Notes: generated by a model not told the origin, from the sequence alone. 64,000 nt of DNA from Candidatus Hydrogenedentota bacterium (GCA_963674865.2 CAXXYE010000009.1:32001-96000), one strand, 5' to 3'; numbered from the stretch's first letter, positions 38,409 through 53,164 are shown. Numbers and translations: made by a program.

Positions 38409-39233
38409 ATGGCTGCGTGCGAGATCCGTATGCCGGCCGCGGCAGGCACGTTCTATCCGGAGGATCCCGAGCAACTTCGCGATGTGGTTGAGGAGTATAT
38501 CAACGCCTCCAAACTCAAACCGGCAGGCAGGCGGGTGCAGGCCGTGGTCACCCCTCATTCGCCATACGACTATGCCGGCAGAACGGCCGGCTTCGCTTAT
38601 GCACGTGTTAGAAAGAAAAGGCCCTCCCGCGTGATCCTCATCGGCTGTTCGCATCACTGCGACTTCCCGCACGCTTCCGTGTGCATGTGCGGCCGTTTTG
38701 ACGTGCCCCTTGGCATGTTTCCCGTAGATGAGCCATTTGCGGCCGAACTCGCGGGCCTTGTTGAGACATCCTCGCCGGAATCCCACATCCCTGAACATTG
38801 CCTTGAAATCCAACTGCCCTTCCTCGCCGTGGCGCTGGGCGAAGTGCCGATTGTCCCCGTGCTGCTTGGCGCGGCGGCGCCGGAGTGGCATGCGAACCTG
38901 GGCAAGCTGCTCGCGTCGATGGCCGATGAAGACGATCTGTTGGTTGCCACAACAGACTGGTCGCACGACCTCGACGAAGAGACTACCAACCGCGTGGACA
39001 TGACCTCGCTTGCGACGCTGCTCACGCAAGACTGGGAAAACCTCGCGAGGGGCCTAGCGGCGGGCAAGTGCTCCATGTGCGCCGGCGGAGCGCTCATTGC
39101 CGCCATGGCCTTCGCCAGGGCACGCGATGTGAAGAATTGGACGCTGCTGGACTACGCTACGTCGGCCCATGCCACGCGCGATTACGAACACGTGGTGAGT
39201 TTCGCCGCAATCTCGATGGAACGTGAATCATGA
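38409..39233 (+). CDS. AmmeMemoRadiSam system protein B (MEMO1 family)
   Basis: RMPAAAGTFYP, PH..YDYAG, GCSH, EHCLEIQLPFL, DWSH, SMC, LDYATS..VVSFA. Confidence 0.85.
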   Translation: MAACEIRMPAAAGTFYPEDPEQLRDVVEEYINASKLKPAGRRVQAVVTPHSPYDYAGRTAGFAYARVRKKRPSRVILIGCSHHCDFPHASVCMCGRFDVPLGMFPVDEPFAAELAGLVETSSPESHIPEHCLEIQLPFLAVALGEVPIVPVLLGAAAPEWHANLGKLLASMADEDDLLVATTDWSHDLDEETTNRVDMTSLATLLTQDWENLARGLAAGKCSMCAGGALIAAMAFARARDVKNWTLLDYATSAHATRDYEHVVSFAAISMERES

Positions 39234-40330
39234 CGGTGCACGACATCTGCGACGCCCTGGACGCCCTTGCCCCGCCGGCCCTGGCGTATGAGTGGGACAG
39301 GTCCGGACTGGCCATCGGGAATCCCGCTACCGAGGTCACGCGGGTACTCATCGCCCTAACGGTAACGCGCCGAGCCTTTCAGGCGGCACGACGGGCCCGA
39401 GCGCAGATGATAGTATCCCATCACCCTCCTATCTGGGAGCCGCTGCGCGCGTTACGCACCGATGATCCCGGCATACGGCTTTGCACCGATATCGCCGCCG
39501 CGGGGATGGCCGCTTACGCGGCGCATACCAACCTTGACCTCGCACCGGGCGGTGTAAACGACGTACTCGCCGAAAGACTGGGACTGGCCGCCCCGGAACC
39601 ACTGCTGCCCGCGCCCCACGTAAATTGGCTGAAACTGGTTGCCTTTGTCCCGGAATCGCACGCGGGCGCGATGCGCCAAGCCGTATGCGATGCAGGCGCC
39701 GGACAACTGGGCGAGTATACGCATTGCACCTTCAGTGCGTCCGGAACCGGCACGTTCTTGCCCGGATCCAAAGCACATCCCTACGCCGGCCGGAAGGGCC
39801 GGCTCAGTGAGGTGCCGGAACTTCGATTTGAGACGCTCGTGCCGGAGCACCTGATAGAGCCGGTACTAAGCGCTCTGAAGTCGGTCCACCCGTACGAGGA
39901 GCCGGCGTACGATATCATCGCCCTGAAGAACCTTCACCATGCCGTGGGACTCGGTGTCCGGGGAACACTAGACGTCTCAATGAAACTGGACGACTTCGCC
40001 CGCCGTGTTCGCCGTGCCCTCGCCGTGTCGCACGTCCGCGTGGCAGGCGCCCTCCGAAAGCGAATCAAGAGCGTCGCCGTGATCGGAGGGGCCGGCGCGA
40101 AAGAGGCCGCTCGCCTATCATCTGATGTTGACGTCCTCGTCACGGGCGACGTCGGATATCACGATGTCCTCGCGGCCCAACAACGGGATCTTGCCATCAT
40201 CGACGCGGGACACGCCGGAACCGAGAAGTGGATTGTGCCGCATCTCGCGGCATGCCTCCGAAAGAAACTCGGGGCGATCAAGATCTCAACCTACGCGGAA
40301 CCTGAGACGTTCCAAGTAGTCCAGGATTAG
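39230..40330 (+). CDS. Nif3-like dinuclear metal centre hexameric protein (YqfO/YbgI) with PII-like insert
   Basis: WDRSGL, SHHP, HTNLD..GGVND, HPYEEPAYD, TGDV.YH, DAGH. Confidence 0.92.
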   Translation: MTVHDICDALDALAPPALAYEWDRSGLAIGNPATEVTRVLIALTVTRRAFQAARRARAQMIVSHHPPIWEPLRALRTDDPGIRLCTDIAAAGMAAYAAHTNLDLAPGGVNDVLAERLGLAAPEPLLPAPHVNWLKLVAFVPESHAGAMRQAVCDAGAGQLGEYTHCTFSASGTGTFLPGSKAHPYAGRKGRLSEVPELRFETLVPEHLIEPVLSALKSVHPYEEPAYDIIALKNLHHAVGLGVRGTLDVSMKLDDFARRVRRALAVSHVRVAGALRKRIKSVAVIGGAGAKEAARLSSDVDVLVTGDVGYHDVLAAQQRDLAIIDAGHAGTEKWIVPHLAACLRKKLGAIKISTYAEPETFQVVQD

Positions 40331-40338
40331 TCGGCGCC

Positions 40339-41802
40339 GTGACTACGCCGCTCAAAATCCTCTACATGACGGCAGAACTGGCGCCACTCGTCTCGACGGG
40401 CGGCCTGGGCGAGGTGGCCCGCGCTTTGCCTCGAGCGCTGCAGGCTCAGGGGCATGATGTCCGGATTGCCCTGCCTTGTTACCGCCGCGTGCGGCCCCCA
40501 TACCGCGGCCACCAGTTCTGCGTGTGCACCGGCTTCGTCGGCGGCCGCGCAGTTCACGGGGCCCTTCGGATTGCCCGAACACCGGACTCAGGCATACCTC
40601 TGTACCTGGTGGAGCATAACGGCTATTTCGACCGCGAGCATCCCTACGGCCCAGGCGGCTACGAATACGATGACGCCCTCGAACGCTTTGCCTTCTTCAC
40701 ACAAGCCGCGTTGCATGGGATGTTGCAGACGGGCTGGGCGCCGGACATCATCCACTGCAATGATTGGCACACGGCCCTCGCTCCCGCTTACCTCAAGGCC
40801 GGATGGCCCACGGCCGACTGGCGAAGCCTGCCGACGCTCTTCACCATCCACAATCTGGCCTACCAGGGAGATTACCCGGAGGAGCGTTTCGAGCAAACCG
40901 GGTTGAGCGCCCAGTGGTTCACTCCGGAGGGACTCGGACTGCGGGGCCGCGTCAACACTATGAGCGCGGCGCTGCGGCTCGCCACTAAGCTCAACACCGT
41001 CAGCCCCCGCTACGCCCGGGAAATACAAACACCCCAGTTCGGCTGCGGCCTGGAGACTATGTTGAAGACGCGCGCCAAGGACCTCGCGGGCATCCTCAAT
41101 GGCGTTGATTACACACTGTGGAATCCCTCCTTCGACCACTGCATCGCGCGGCCTTACACAGCGGAGGACCTCGCCGGAAAAGCCGCGTGCAAGGAGGCCC
41201 TCCAACACATGGCGGGTTTCCAGAAACGAAAAGCCCCCCTATTCATCATGGTTTCGCGCCTCGAGGAACAGAAGGGCGTCGATCTACTCATTAGGGCCCT
41301 TGACAGCATGCTTCGCCAGGACATCCAGTTGGTGGTTCTGGGCCGTGGGAATGGCGACTTGGCGGAAGCCTGTGCCAAGACGGCAAGTCTCTATCCACAA
41401 AAGATGTGCTTCTTCGACAGATACGATCCCGCCCTGAGTCATGCCATGTACGCCGGCGCCGATTTCATGCTCATGCCCTCCCGGTTTGAGCCATGTGGCT
41501 TGGGGCAATTGTATGCCCTTGCATATGGGGCCGTGCCGATTGTGCGCAGAACCGGCGGCTTGGCGGATACCGTGCGCCATCTCACCACGGCCAATCTGGC
41601 CCGAGGCCGGGCCACCGGCATTGTCTTCGGCCCCGCGAATCCGACGGCCATCATCCGGGCCGTGACGCGCGCCCTCGCCGTGTATGAGGATCGCCCCATG
41701 CTGCACGACGTGCGGGTGGCTGGCATGAAAGAGGACTTCTCGTGGGAGCGCTCCGCACGCGCCTATGAACGCTTGTATCGAAAGGCCATCGGCAGTCCAT
41801 GA
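40339..41802 (+). CDS. glgA: glycogen synthase (GT5)
   Basis: (S)TGGLGEV, HCNDWHT, TIHNLAYQG, TVSPRYAREI, MPSRFEPCGL, RRTGGLADTV. Confidence 0.92.
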   Translation: MTTPLKILYMTAELAPLVSTGGLGEVARALPRALQAQGHDVRIALPCYRRVRPPYRGHQFCVCTGFVGGRAVHGALRIARTPDSGIPLYLVEHNGYFDREHPYGPGGYEYDDALERFAFFTQAALHGMLQTGWAPDIIHCNDWHTALAPAYLKAGWPTADWRSLPTLFTIHNLAYQGDYPEERFEQTGLSAQWFTPEGLGLRGRVNTMSAALRLATKLNTVSPRYAREIQTPQFGCGLETMLKTRAKDLAGILNGVDYTLWNPSFDHCIARPYTAEDLAGKAACKEALQHMAGFQKRKAPLFIMVSRLEEQKGVDLLIRALDSMLRQDIQLVVLGRGNGDLAEACAKTASLYPQKMCFFDRYDPALSHAMYAGADFMLMPSRFEPCGLGQLYALAYGAVPIVRRTGGLADTVRHLTTANLARGRATGIVFGPANPTAIIRAVTRALAVYEDRPMLHDVRVAGMKEDFSWERSARAYERLYRKAIGSP

Positions 41803-42284
41803 GCGAGACGCTTCTCATCCTCGAAAGCCGCACCCCCAAGGAAACAGAGGCTGTTGGCGCCGCGCTTGCCCGCCTCCTGCCGCCGGGCGCCAACATCGCT
41901 TTGCGCGGCGAATTGGCGACAGGCAAGACATGTCTCGTGCGAGGTATGGCCTCGCATTTCGCTGCAAGCGACCTAGTACACAGCCCAACCTTCACCCTCG
42001 TCAACGAATATGGGGACGAATCCAAGCTCTACCACGTCGATCTCTACCGCGTGGGGGATGCGGCCGAGGCCGCCGACCTCGGACTGGAGGAACTCTTCGA
42101 GTCCGACGGTATCTGCGCGATTGAGTGGGCCGAGCGGGCGGAGGCCTTGATCCCTGCCCAATGCCTCAACATCTCCCTGGAACACGTTGAAGGGGATCGC
42201 CGCCGCATCATCTTCCTTGATCCGGGACTTCTGCCCAGCAATTGGCGCACCCGGCTCGCCGCGGCACTCGATCAGCGGCCATAG
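41799..42284 (+). CDS. tsaE: tRNA t6A biosynthesis ATPase
   Basis: GELATGKT, SPTFTLVNEY, HVDLYR, IEWAE. Confidence 0.95.
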   Translation: MSETLLILESRTPKETEAVGAALARLLPPGANIALRGELATGKTCLVRGMASHFAASDLVHSPTFTLVNEYGDESKLYHVDLYRVGDAAEAADLGLEELFESDGICAIEWAERAEALIPAQCLNISLEHVEGDRRRIIFLDPGLLPSNWRTRLAAALDQRP

Positions 42285-42415
42285 TCCGACGCGGAGCCGG
42301 AGACCTTGCCGGAAAGCGTCCGGTGCAGTAGGATGGATGGGCCGCAAGGGGGCGGCTGCGGGGATGCAGTCCCCAAGCTTCTGAGAGGATTACGAGAGGT
42401 CAGAAGGAGACAATC

Positions 42416-43567
42416 ATGAGCCCTCACGCCATCAACCGACGAAGCTTCCTGAAACTCGGATCGCTGGGAGTAGCACTTGGGGCAGGGACGACGCACCGCA
42501 GTCACGCCGAGGATCCCACGGCCGGCGATATACAACCCGGAGGCCCGGTTCGCCGCACCCTCGGACGCACGGGCCTCAAAGTGACGGCGGTAAGCATTGG
42601 AGCGATGCGGACCTCGGAACCCGATGTGCTCAAGGCGGTGTTCGACCGCGGCGTCAACTTCGTCCACACCGGCCGCAACTACATGGAGGGCCAGAACGAG
42701 GGCATCGTTGGCAAAGCCCTTAAGGGATATCGGGACAAGGTGTATGTCGCCACGAAGGTAAGCGCCTCATCGAAGGAGGAAATGCTCGGGAAAATCGACG
42801 AGTCACTCAAAGCGCTTGAGGTCGACTACGTCGACATCGTCACGCGGGGCAGCGCCTCCTCCGCCGAGGACGTGATGAATCCCGTCTTGCGCGAAGCAAT
42901 GGCCGAAGCGCGCGCCGCCGGTAAGGCCCGGTTTCTGGGCGTGCCCACTCACAAGAACGAAGCCGAAGTACTCAACGCTCTGGCCGACGACAAAGACAAG
43001 TTCTTTGACGTCGTTCTTGTGGCTTACAACTTCAAGAAGGACAAGGCCGTTAAGGAAGCCATCGCTCGAGCCGCCAAAGCAGGGATCGGCGTCATCGCCA
43101 TGAAGACCCAGGCCGGCGGCTACGAAACAAAGGAACTTGGCGACATCAGTCCGCATCAGGCCGCGCTCAAGTGGGTACTCCAGGATCCCAATGTCACCAC
43201 GGCGATCCCCGCCATGGTAAATCTTGCTCAGATCAAAGAAGATCTCGAAGTGATGGGGATGCCCCTGTCCGAGGTCGATAAACAGATCCTCAGCCGCTAC
43301 GGTGACGCCATCGCTCCCTACTACTGTGCGGCCTGCTCCGGATGCGACGGTACCTGCCCTCAGGGAGTGGACATACCTTCGGTTAACCGATGCCTCATGT
43401 ACGCGGAGGGCTACCGCGATCTTGACCTGGCCCGCGCCGCCTACGCCGACCTGCCCGTTCAGGAATCCGCGGCACACTGCGGCGATTGCCTCGAGTGCGT
43501 AGCGCAGTGCTCCCGGCAGCTCGACATCGCCGCCAGGATGAGCCAGGCGAGAGCTCTCTTGGCCTGA
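42416..43567 (+). CDS. Tat-signal aldo/keto reductase with C-terminal 2x[4Fe-4S] domain
   Basis: NRRSFLK twin-Arg signal; RRTLGRTGLKV, ATKV; CAACSGCDGTCP and CGDCLECVAQC. Confidence 0.88.
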   Translation: MSPHAINRRSFLKLGSLGVALGAGTTHRSHAEDPTAGDIQPGGPVRRTLGRTGLKVTAVSIGAMRTSEPDVLKAVFDRGVNFVHTGRNYMEGQNEGIVGKALKGYRDKVYVATKVSASSKEEMLGKIDESLKALEVDYVDIVTRGSASSAEDVMNPVLREAMAEARAAGKARFLGVPTHKNEAEVLNALADDKDKFFDVVLVAYNFKKDKAVKEAIARAAKAGIGVIAMKTQAGGYETKELGDISPHQAALKWVLQDPNVTTAIPAMVNLAQIKEDLEVMGMPLSEVDKQILSRYGDAIAPYYCAACSGCDGTCPQGVDIPSVNRCLMYAEGYRDLDLARAAYADLPVQESAAHCGDCLECVAQCSRQLDIAARMSQARALLA

Positions 43568-43639
43568 CGCAAACCGACAGTCCGAGGGCACACAGATCCT
43601 GCCGTATGCGGGAGACGCACGGGAACTCCAGGGAAAAGT

Positions 43640-43811
43640 CTAGCCCGCTTTTCTCACAGCCGCATAACGAGATTGCAGGTAAGTCATGCGGAACGGGTGC
43701 TTTGCCCCGCAAGCCGGCCGTTCGAGAATCCGGTGAAGCGCCTCTCCGCCTCCTCGTTCACCCATCATCACCAAGCCCGTTCCCACTCAACAGCAGGTGA
43801 GAAAAGCGGGC
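43640..43811. mobile_element. MITE-like element with 15-bp perfect terminal inverted repeats
   Basis: GCCCGCTTTTCTCAC (43643-43657) and GTGAGAAAAGCGGGC (43797-43811), between convergent genes; CTAG at the left edge. Confidence 0.6.
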
Positions 43812-43840
43812 CGTAGGCAACTGTGTGTGAGACATCCAGC

Positions 43841-46306
43841 CTAGTAAGGCCTGTCCCCGGACTGCCACGGTACGGCGAGGCCAAGCTCCTCCGGCGGTTT
43901 GTCCACGTAGTACAACTCGAACTCCCACCAGCTATAGCCGCGGCTTCGATCCGCGATGAAAAGCCGGAAGGTGTAGTCGTTATCCGCCATCGGCTGCTCC
44001 ATAACGAAGGGGTGAATCGTCTGCGACTCGATATCCTTCACGAGCACCGTAACCTCCCGCGCCGGAAGACGCCCGAGGAATTCATACTGAACGGAGTGCA
44101 TGCCGTCATCCTGCAAGTGATGGACGGAGATCGTGTCTCCTTGTACCGAAAGGATGTCTTTCCCATCCACTTTGCCGCGCCAATGCAGGAACTTCGCCGC
44201 CTCTCCCGAGAGTGCTTCCAAGGTGTCGGCGTTCCGCTGCTGCTGAGTTTGAATAGCCTCGAGCACACTGGGCGTATCCAGCGCCTTGGCCAGCCTGGCC
44301 TCCGCCGCATCGATGTCCTCAACCGCCTCGTCCGCGGAGGCAATGAGTTGATCAACTCCAAACATACTGAACTTGAAGTCCGGCGTCGCCGCGAATGTAG
44401 CCCGCGCTTTCTTCAGCGATTCCAGGGCCGTAGCAAGCAGCTCCTTCGTCTCCGAACTCGGATTCTCACGGTACTGGAAGTATCTATAGCAGGTCTCGAC
44501 GTAAGAGTAGTTGGTTTCCACGAGCCAGCGCGTCACTTCCAACGAGCTCCCCACCCGCTTCGCCAGCGCCGCATCGGCGACTTTCGGCGCCACCGGCGCA
44601 TAGCGCCGCTGCATCTCGCGTGCGGCATCACGGCCTCTTTCAAGGAGCGCAAGGGCCTCATCAATCCGCCCCTTCGAGGGCGCATACATGGAGCATTCAA
44701 GCCACTCGATATGCGCCCTTCCGTGATCGATGAACGGGTAGCCGCGCACTTCAAAGACACCGCACCGCAGGTGCGGGAGCGTATTCCACGTCAAGGACTC
44801 CGCCACCGGCTTGATGTAGATACCATCCTTGTAGGCCACGTAGGAAAGAAGCAGGATATCTGCCATCTCTGGGGCCGCTTCCCTTCCAAGGTGGATGGCC
44901 GCGTAGTCTTCCGCCGCCGTTCTCAGGTCGAGTTTGGGGTCCCACGCAAGGCGGAAACCCATATATGTGGTAAGCGTTTGCGTATCCCATCGCCTGGGAT
45001 CCGACGTGTTGACATGGAATCCTTTCACATTGCTGTTCTCGGAGGCCATGATCACGTCCAGTCCGCCCTGGTAATACTGCCCCGGGAACGACGGGAAGAT
45101 CTCGAAGACACCCGCCGCGTGGTAGTCCAAGCGCGAAAGGAGGACGGCCATGTGGTGCGGCGTCACGTTGAACGTCGCGTTGTAAGGCTGGTAGTACCAG
45201 CGATCGCCCGCGCTCAGGTACGGTGAAAGATAGAGATTCTTCATGGGCACTTCATCGGTGAAGATGGCCCGGTACACGTCCGGATTGGCGTGCTGTTCCG
45301 TCGTATTCGTCACCCACGTTCGGTGGAAGTAGATCTTGTCGAATTCCCCCACGATAACTTCGTGCATCTTCTGCACGAATACCCGATACCGCTTTTCGAG
45401 CGGCCAATCACATTCCGCCGGCTCGTGCATCACATCCAGACCCCGGTAGCTCCCGGTGATGCGGGTATGCTCCCCTGTCCGGATGCGCACGCCGTCCAGC
45501 TCCGGGAACACCTCGAACAGGCGCCGGTACTTCGCCTGAAGCGCTTTCCAGAAGTTCGGATCCCGTGGATCGAGCGTTGCGTTGAACTCTTCGAGAAGAC
45601 TCGGGTGATACGAGAACTCGTCGCCCGTCGCCAGGTATTTCAGATGGTGTGCATGGGCAACGTCGATCAGTTTAGCGAGTTCCGCGCGCGTCTCCGCGTT
45701 GCGCGTCGCCTCCGGCTCAGAACTCCAGGGCATGAGGTTGTCGAGCAATCCCCCGGACACCCAGGTGGCGCCGTAGCGTAGCGCGTTGCGGACGTCCTCG
45801 ACGGCCGACGCTTCAGTGAGTCGCACCGGCACGGCCGGCATGCGCACCACGTCGAGGTCCGGGATCTCGCCGTACACACGCACACGATCCCACAGCCAAT
45901 ACAAGCCATACGCGTCGCCCAAGATAGAACCGCCCGCAATAGCAATGAGCCGTCCGCCCTGTTGAGGGCGCGTCCGAATCTCGTATCCCTGCGGGTCGGA
46001 GACTCCCGTCATATCAAGACCCGCCTGTTTTAGGAGCGCCTCTCCCGCGGGATTTCGGGCCGCATCGCCCACCACTATCACATTCCCGGAGGACGGTGCC
46101 TCGACACTCTTGCGGAAGGAAAGCCCGAAGGGCGCCCCATCTTCCTCTAAGTCTTCAATCGCAGCCTCAATGGCTACATCGTCGCCGAGCGCTGTTCCCG
46201 TAAAGACTACCCACTCCTGCATGTCCTTTGCCCTCGCTGGTTGGCAGGCCACGGCCATCCCGAAGACGGCGGCAATCACCGCCGTGACAAAATCCGTACC
46301 CCGCAT
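43841..46306 (-). CDS. secreted glycoside-hydrolase-like protein (GH67/GH115-like N-domain plus TIM barrel)
   Basis: Signal peptide; PQGYEIR..IAIAGGSILGDAYGLYWL N-domain; YRRLFEVFPELDGVRIRTGE, FHRTW. Confidence 0.6.
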   Translation of the reverse strand: MRGTDFVTAVIAAVFGMAVACQPARAKDMQEWVVFTGTALGDDVAIEAAIEDLEEDGAPFGLSFRKSVEAPSSGNVIVVGDAARNPAGEALLKQAGLDMTGVSDPQGYEIRTRPQQGGRLIAIAGGSILGDAYGLYWLWDRVRVYGEIPDLDVVRMPAVPVRLTEASAVEDVRNALRYGATWVSGGLLDNLMPWSSEPEATRNAETRAELAKLIDVAHAHHLKYLATGDEFSYHPSLLEEFNATLDPRDPNFWKALQAKYRRLFEVFPELDGVRIRTGEHTRITGSYRGLDVMHEPAECDWPLEKRYRVFVQKMHEVIVGEFDKIYFHRTWVTNTTEQHANPDVYRAIFTDEVPMKNLYLSPYLSAGDRWYYQPYNATFNVTPHHMAVLLSRLDYHAAGVFEIFPSFPGQYYQGGLDVIMASENSNVKGFHVNTSDPRRWDTQTLTTYMGFRLAWDPKLDLRTAAEDYAAIHLGREAAPEMADILLLSYVAYKDGIYIKPVAESLTWNTLPHLRCGVFEVRGYPFIDHGRAHIEWLECSMYAPSKGRIDEALALLERGRDAAREMQRRYAPVAPKVADAALAKRVGSSLEVTRWLVETNYSYVETCYRYFQYRENPSSETKELLATALESLKKARATFAATPDFKFSMFGVDQLIASADEAVEDIDAAEARLAKALDTPSVLEAIQTQQQRNADTLEALSGEAAKFLHWRGKVDGKDILSVQGDTISVHHLQDDGMHSVQYEFLGRLPAREVTVLVKDIESQTIHPFVMEQPMADNDYTFRLFIADRSRGYSWWEFELYYVDKPPEELGLAVPWQSGDRPY

Positions 46307-46631
46307 GACTTGGCCACCTGTTCATAGACCCCAGTATCTCCCCCAGCGCCCCGTAATGACCGCCAGGTTTAGCGACGCATTGTATAGGCAGCGAAGATTC
46401 CCTTCAATCCGAAATTATCGCCCCAACGGATCGTGCCGCGCGCATGGCGCCCTGACCGGCCTCATTTTGCAGCACTTGCTCGCCACAGCAACTTGGCGCG
46501 AGGCACATTAGACGGCGCGCGCAAGGAAAACTCTTGACAATTTGGTTATTTTAGAGGAAACTAGCGATACGTCCGGGACGGCACAGTCGAATACAGGCCC
46601 CGGACGGGACAACTGGAGAGGAGGATTTGCC

Positions 46632-47639
46632 GTGAGTTACGCGAGGTGGAGTCTCATAGCGCTATGCATGGTCGTCGCAACATGTCTTGTAGGGTGTCCG
46701 GAAGAGACGCCGAGCCTCGCCTTGTCAGCACAGACCCATCACTTTGGGCTGAGTGAGGAATCCTGGTCTTTCACGCTCTGGAACGCGGGTGGCCAGAAGC
46801 TGTTTTTTGAAATCGACGTCGACCAGCCATGGTTGGATGTTTCCCCCGCATCAGGATCGAGCGAGGGAGTAACGGACGTACAAACCATAACCGTCACCCT
46901 CGACCGCGACGCCAAAGCCGCCGACACTTATTATGCAGCAACGCTGACCATCGAGTCGAGCGGCGGAAACGCAAGCGTCGAGGTCACCACGGCCCCGGAC
47001 TATCTCACGGAAGCCTTTGATGAAAATGACTTCGACCTCGCCTTCACCCGGCTACTCTTCACCCCGACGGACTCACCGGACTTTTACGAGGCGTCACGTT
47101 CGCTTGTAGATGACTTTGGAACCGACCCGGCCGGGGGAACCGACCTTGCGTCCTTCTTCCAGCAGGGAGATCCCATATGGGCAGCCCCAATACAGGGCTG
47201 GTCCCTTCCCTTCTACGGCCACGATTACGACTCCTTCTACATCGGCTCTGACGGCTACCTGAGTTTCGCCGCGCCTTCTCAAGGCGAAAGTGGATTCGGC
47301 TTGTCCGACCACTTTGCCGTCCCCCGCATCTCCGGGCTGTTCCGCAACCTAGCGCCCCAGGACGGCGGCGCCGTGTCGCTCAAACAAGAAGCCGACCGCA
47401 TCGCGGTTACCTATGAAGACGTTCCCGAGGCCGGCGTCACCAGCGCCAACAACTTCCAGATCGAGATGTTCTTCAATGGCGATATCGCCCTTACCTACCT
47501 GGGAATCGACTCCCGCAACGCTATCGTCGGCCTTTCGGACGGCGAAGCCCTCTACTACCCGGCCGAATTCGTGGAAACCGACTTCAGCGCCTACAACACC
47601 GCGACGCTGAAGACCCGCCTGGCGCCACCCGCCCCATAA
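46632..47639 (+). CDS. lipoprotein with BACON/Ig-like and nidogen-like domains
   Basis: GGAGGA SD, GTG start, lipobox LVG-C-P; PWLDVSPASGSS; LPFYGHDYDSFYIGSDGYLSF..NNFQIEMF.NGDI. Confidence 0.7.
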   Translation: MSYARWSLIALCMVVATCLVGCPEETPSLALSAQTHHFGLSEESWSFTLWNAGGQKLFFEIDVDQPWLDVSPASGSSEGVTDVQTITVTLDRDAKAADTYYAATLTIESSGGNASVEVTTAPDYLTEAFDENDFDLAFTRLLFTPTDSPDFYEASRSLVDDFGTDPAGGTDLASFFQQGDPIWAAPIQGWSLPFYGHDYDSFYIGSDGYLSFAAPSQGESGFGLSDHFAVPRISGLFRNLAPQDGGAVSLKQEADRIAVTYEDVPEAGVTSANNFQIEMFFNGDIALTYLGIDSRNAIVGLSDGEALYYPAEFVETDFSAYNTATLKTRLAPPAP

Positions 47640-47651
47640 CGTTAAGCCAAC

Positions 47652-47695
47652 AAAAAACGCGCCCCTCAAACCATGATTGGTTTGAGGGGCGCGTT
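47652..47695 (-). terminator. rho-independent terminator of the rrn operon (possibly bidirectional)
   Basis: 18-bp perfect stem AACGCGCCCCTCAAACCA / TGGTTTGAGGGGCGCGTT, 4-nt loop, T-tract on the minus strand. Confidence 0.9.
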
Positions 47696-47703
47696 CAATT
47701 AAG

Positions 47704-47821
47704 CGCCGGCGACGACCGACTCTCCCACCCGGTTGCCCAGGCAGTACCATAGGCGCTGGCGGGCTTAACTGCTGTGTTCGGAATGGGAACAGGTGTTGCC
47801 CCGCCGCTATAGCCACCGGCA
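47704..47821 (-). rRNA. rrf: 5S rRNA
   Basis: GCCGGTGGCTATAGCGG..CCCATTCCGAACAC..GGGAGAGTCGGTCGTCGCCGGC on the minus strand. Confidence 0.96.
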
Positions 47822-47891
47822 AAAACAGTGACAGCGAATACAAGGGTAAGCCAGGACGCGTATCCAAGAAGTGTCGTAATGATGCCAAAAA

Positions 47892-50929
<3,038 letters not shown>

Positions 50930-51101
50930 AAAAACCGATCCACACCCTACAATGAGGGTGAGATTTCGAGTAATTCTAGACACTTCTAATAGACATGCTT
51001 CTCGGTTACCCTTGCATTCAACTGTCAAAGAACTGGCTCTGTTGCCGAAACCGGCAACCAGCCTACACGCTTACGCGTGGTATCAACTCATTCGTCACGC
51101 C

Positions 51102-51177
51102 TGGTGGAGATGAACGGGATCGAACCGTCGACCTCCGGCTTGCAAAGCCGGCGCTCTCCCAACTGAGCTACATCCCC
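51102..51177 (-). tRNA. tRNA-Ala(TGC)
   Basis: GGGGATGTAGCTCAGTTGGGAGAGCGCCGGCTTTGCAAGCCGG..TTCGATCCC..CCA, 76 nt. Confidence 0.97.
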
Positions 51178-51223
51178 GGCGCATTTCGCACCCGCGGCGC
51201 TCGCGCGCCAAACGAGGATTGCT

Positions 51224-51300
<77 letters not shown>

Positions 51301-51407
51301 ACGTCCCGGCCGCCCGAGCCCGAGCGCCCTTTGAACCTTGAATACGGTGCACGTCGCAAACACTGTGCGATCGACCTGGGCGACGAAAATCGTCGCCTCT
51401 TGATACT

Positions 51408-52960
<1,553 letters not shown>

Positions 52961-53146
52961 AAACCTGAATACTGCCCGGCTTACACCGGGCCGTATCATA
53001 GGCGAGTTTGATTCCCTTCAATAAGAAAAGGAATCGTCAAAACCGATATCCCGCCAAGGCGGGAAACCGGCGATTTGGGGGGTACGTTTGGGGACATGCC
53101 CCAAACAGAACCTTGCACACAGTGTTCACTGTGTGACATGCACCGT

Positions 53147-53164
53147 ATTCAATTTTCAAAGAGC
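53147..53164 (-). promoter_or_regulatory. rrn leader boxA antitermination element
   Basis: GCTCTTTGAAAATTGAAT on the minus strand; a second copy TTCTTTGACAGTTGAATG lies in the spacer at ~51015-51032. Confidence 0.7.

Noticed and set aside
43823..45226. 467-aa plus-strand ORF, and similar long antisense ORFs (30936-32036, 16438-17532, 37267-38130)
   Set aside because: Antisense to clear genes; expected from high-GC codon bias.
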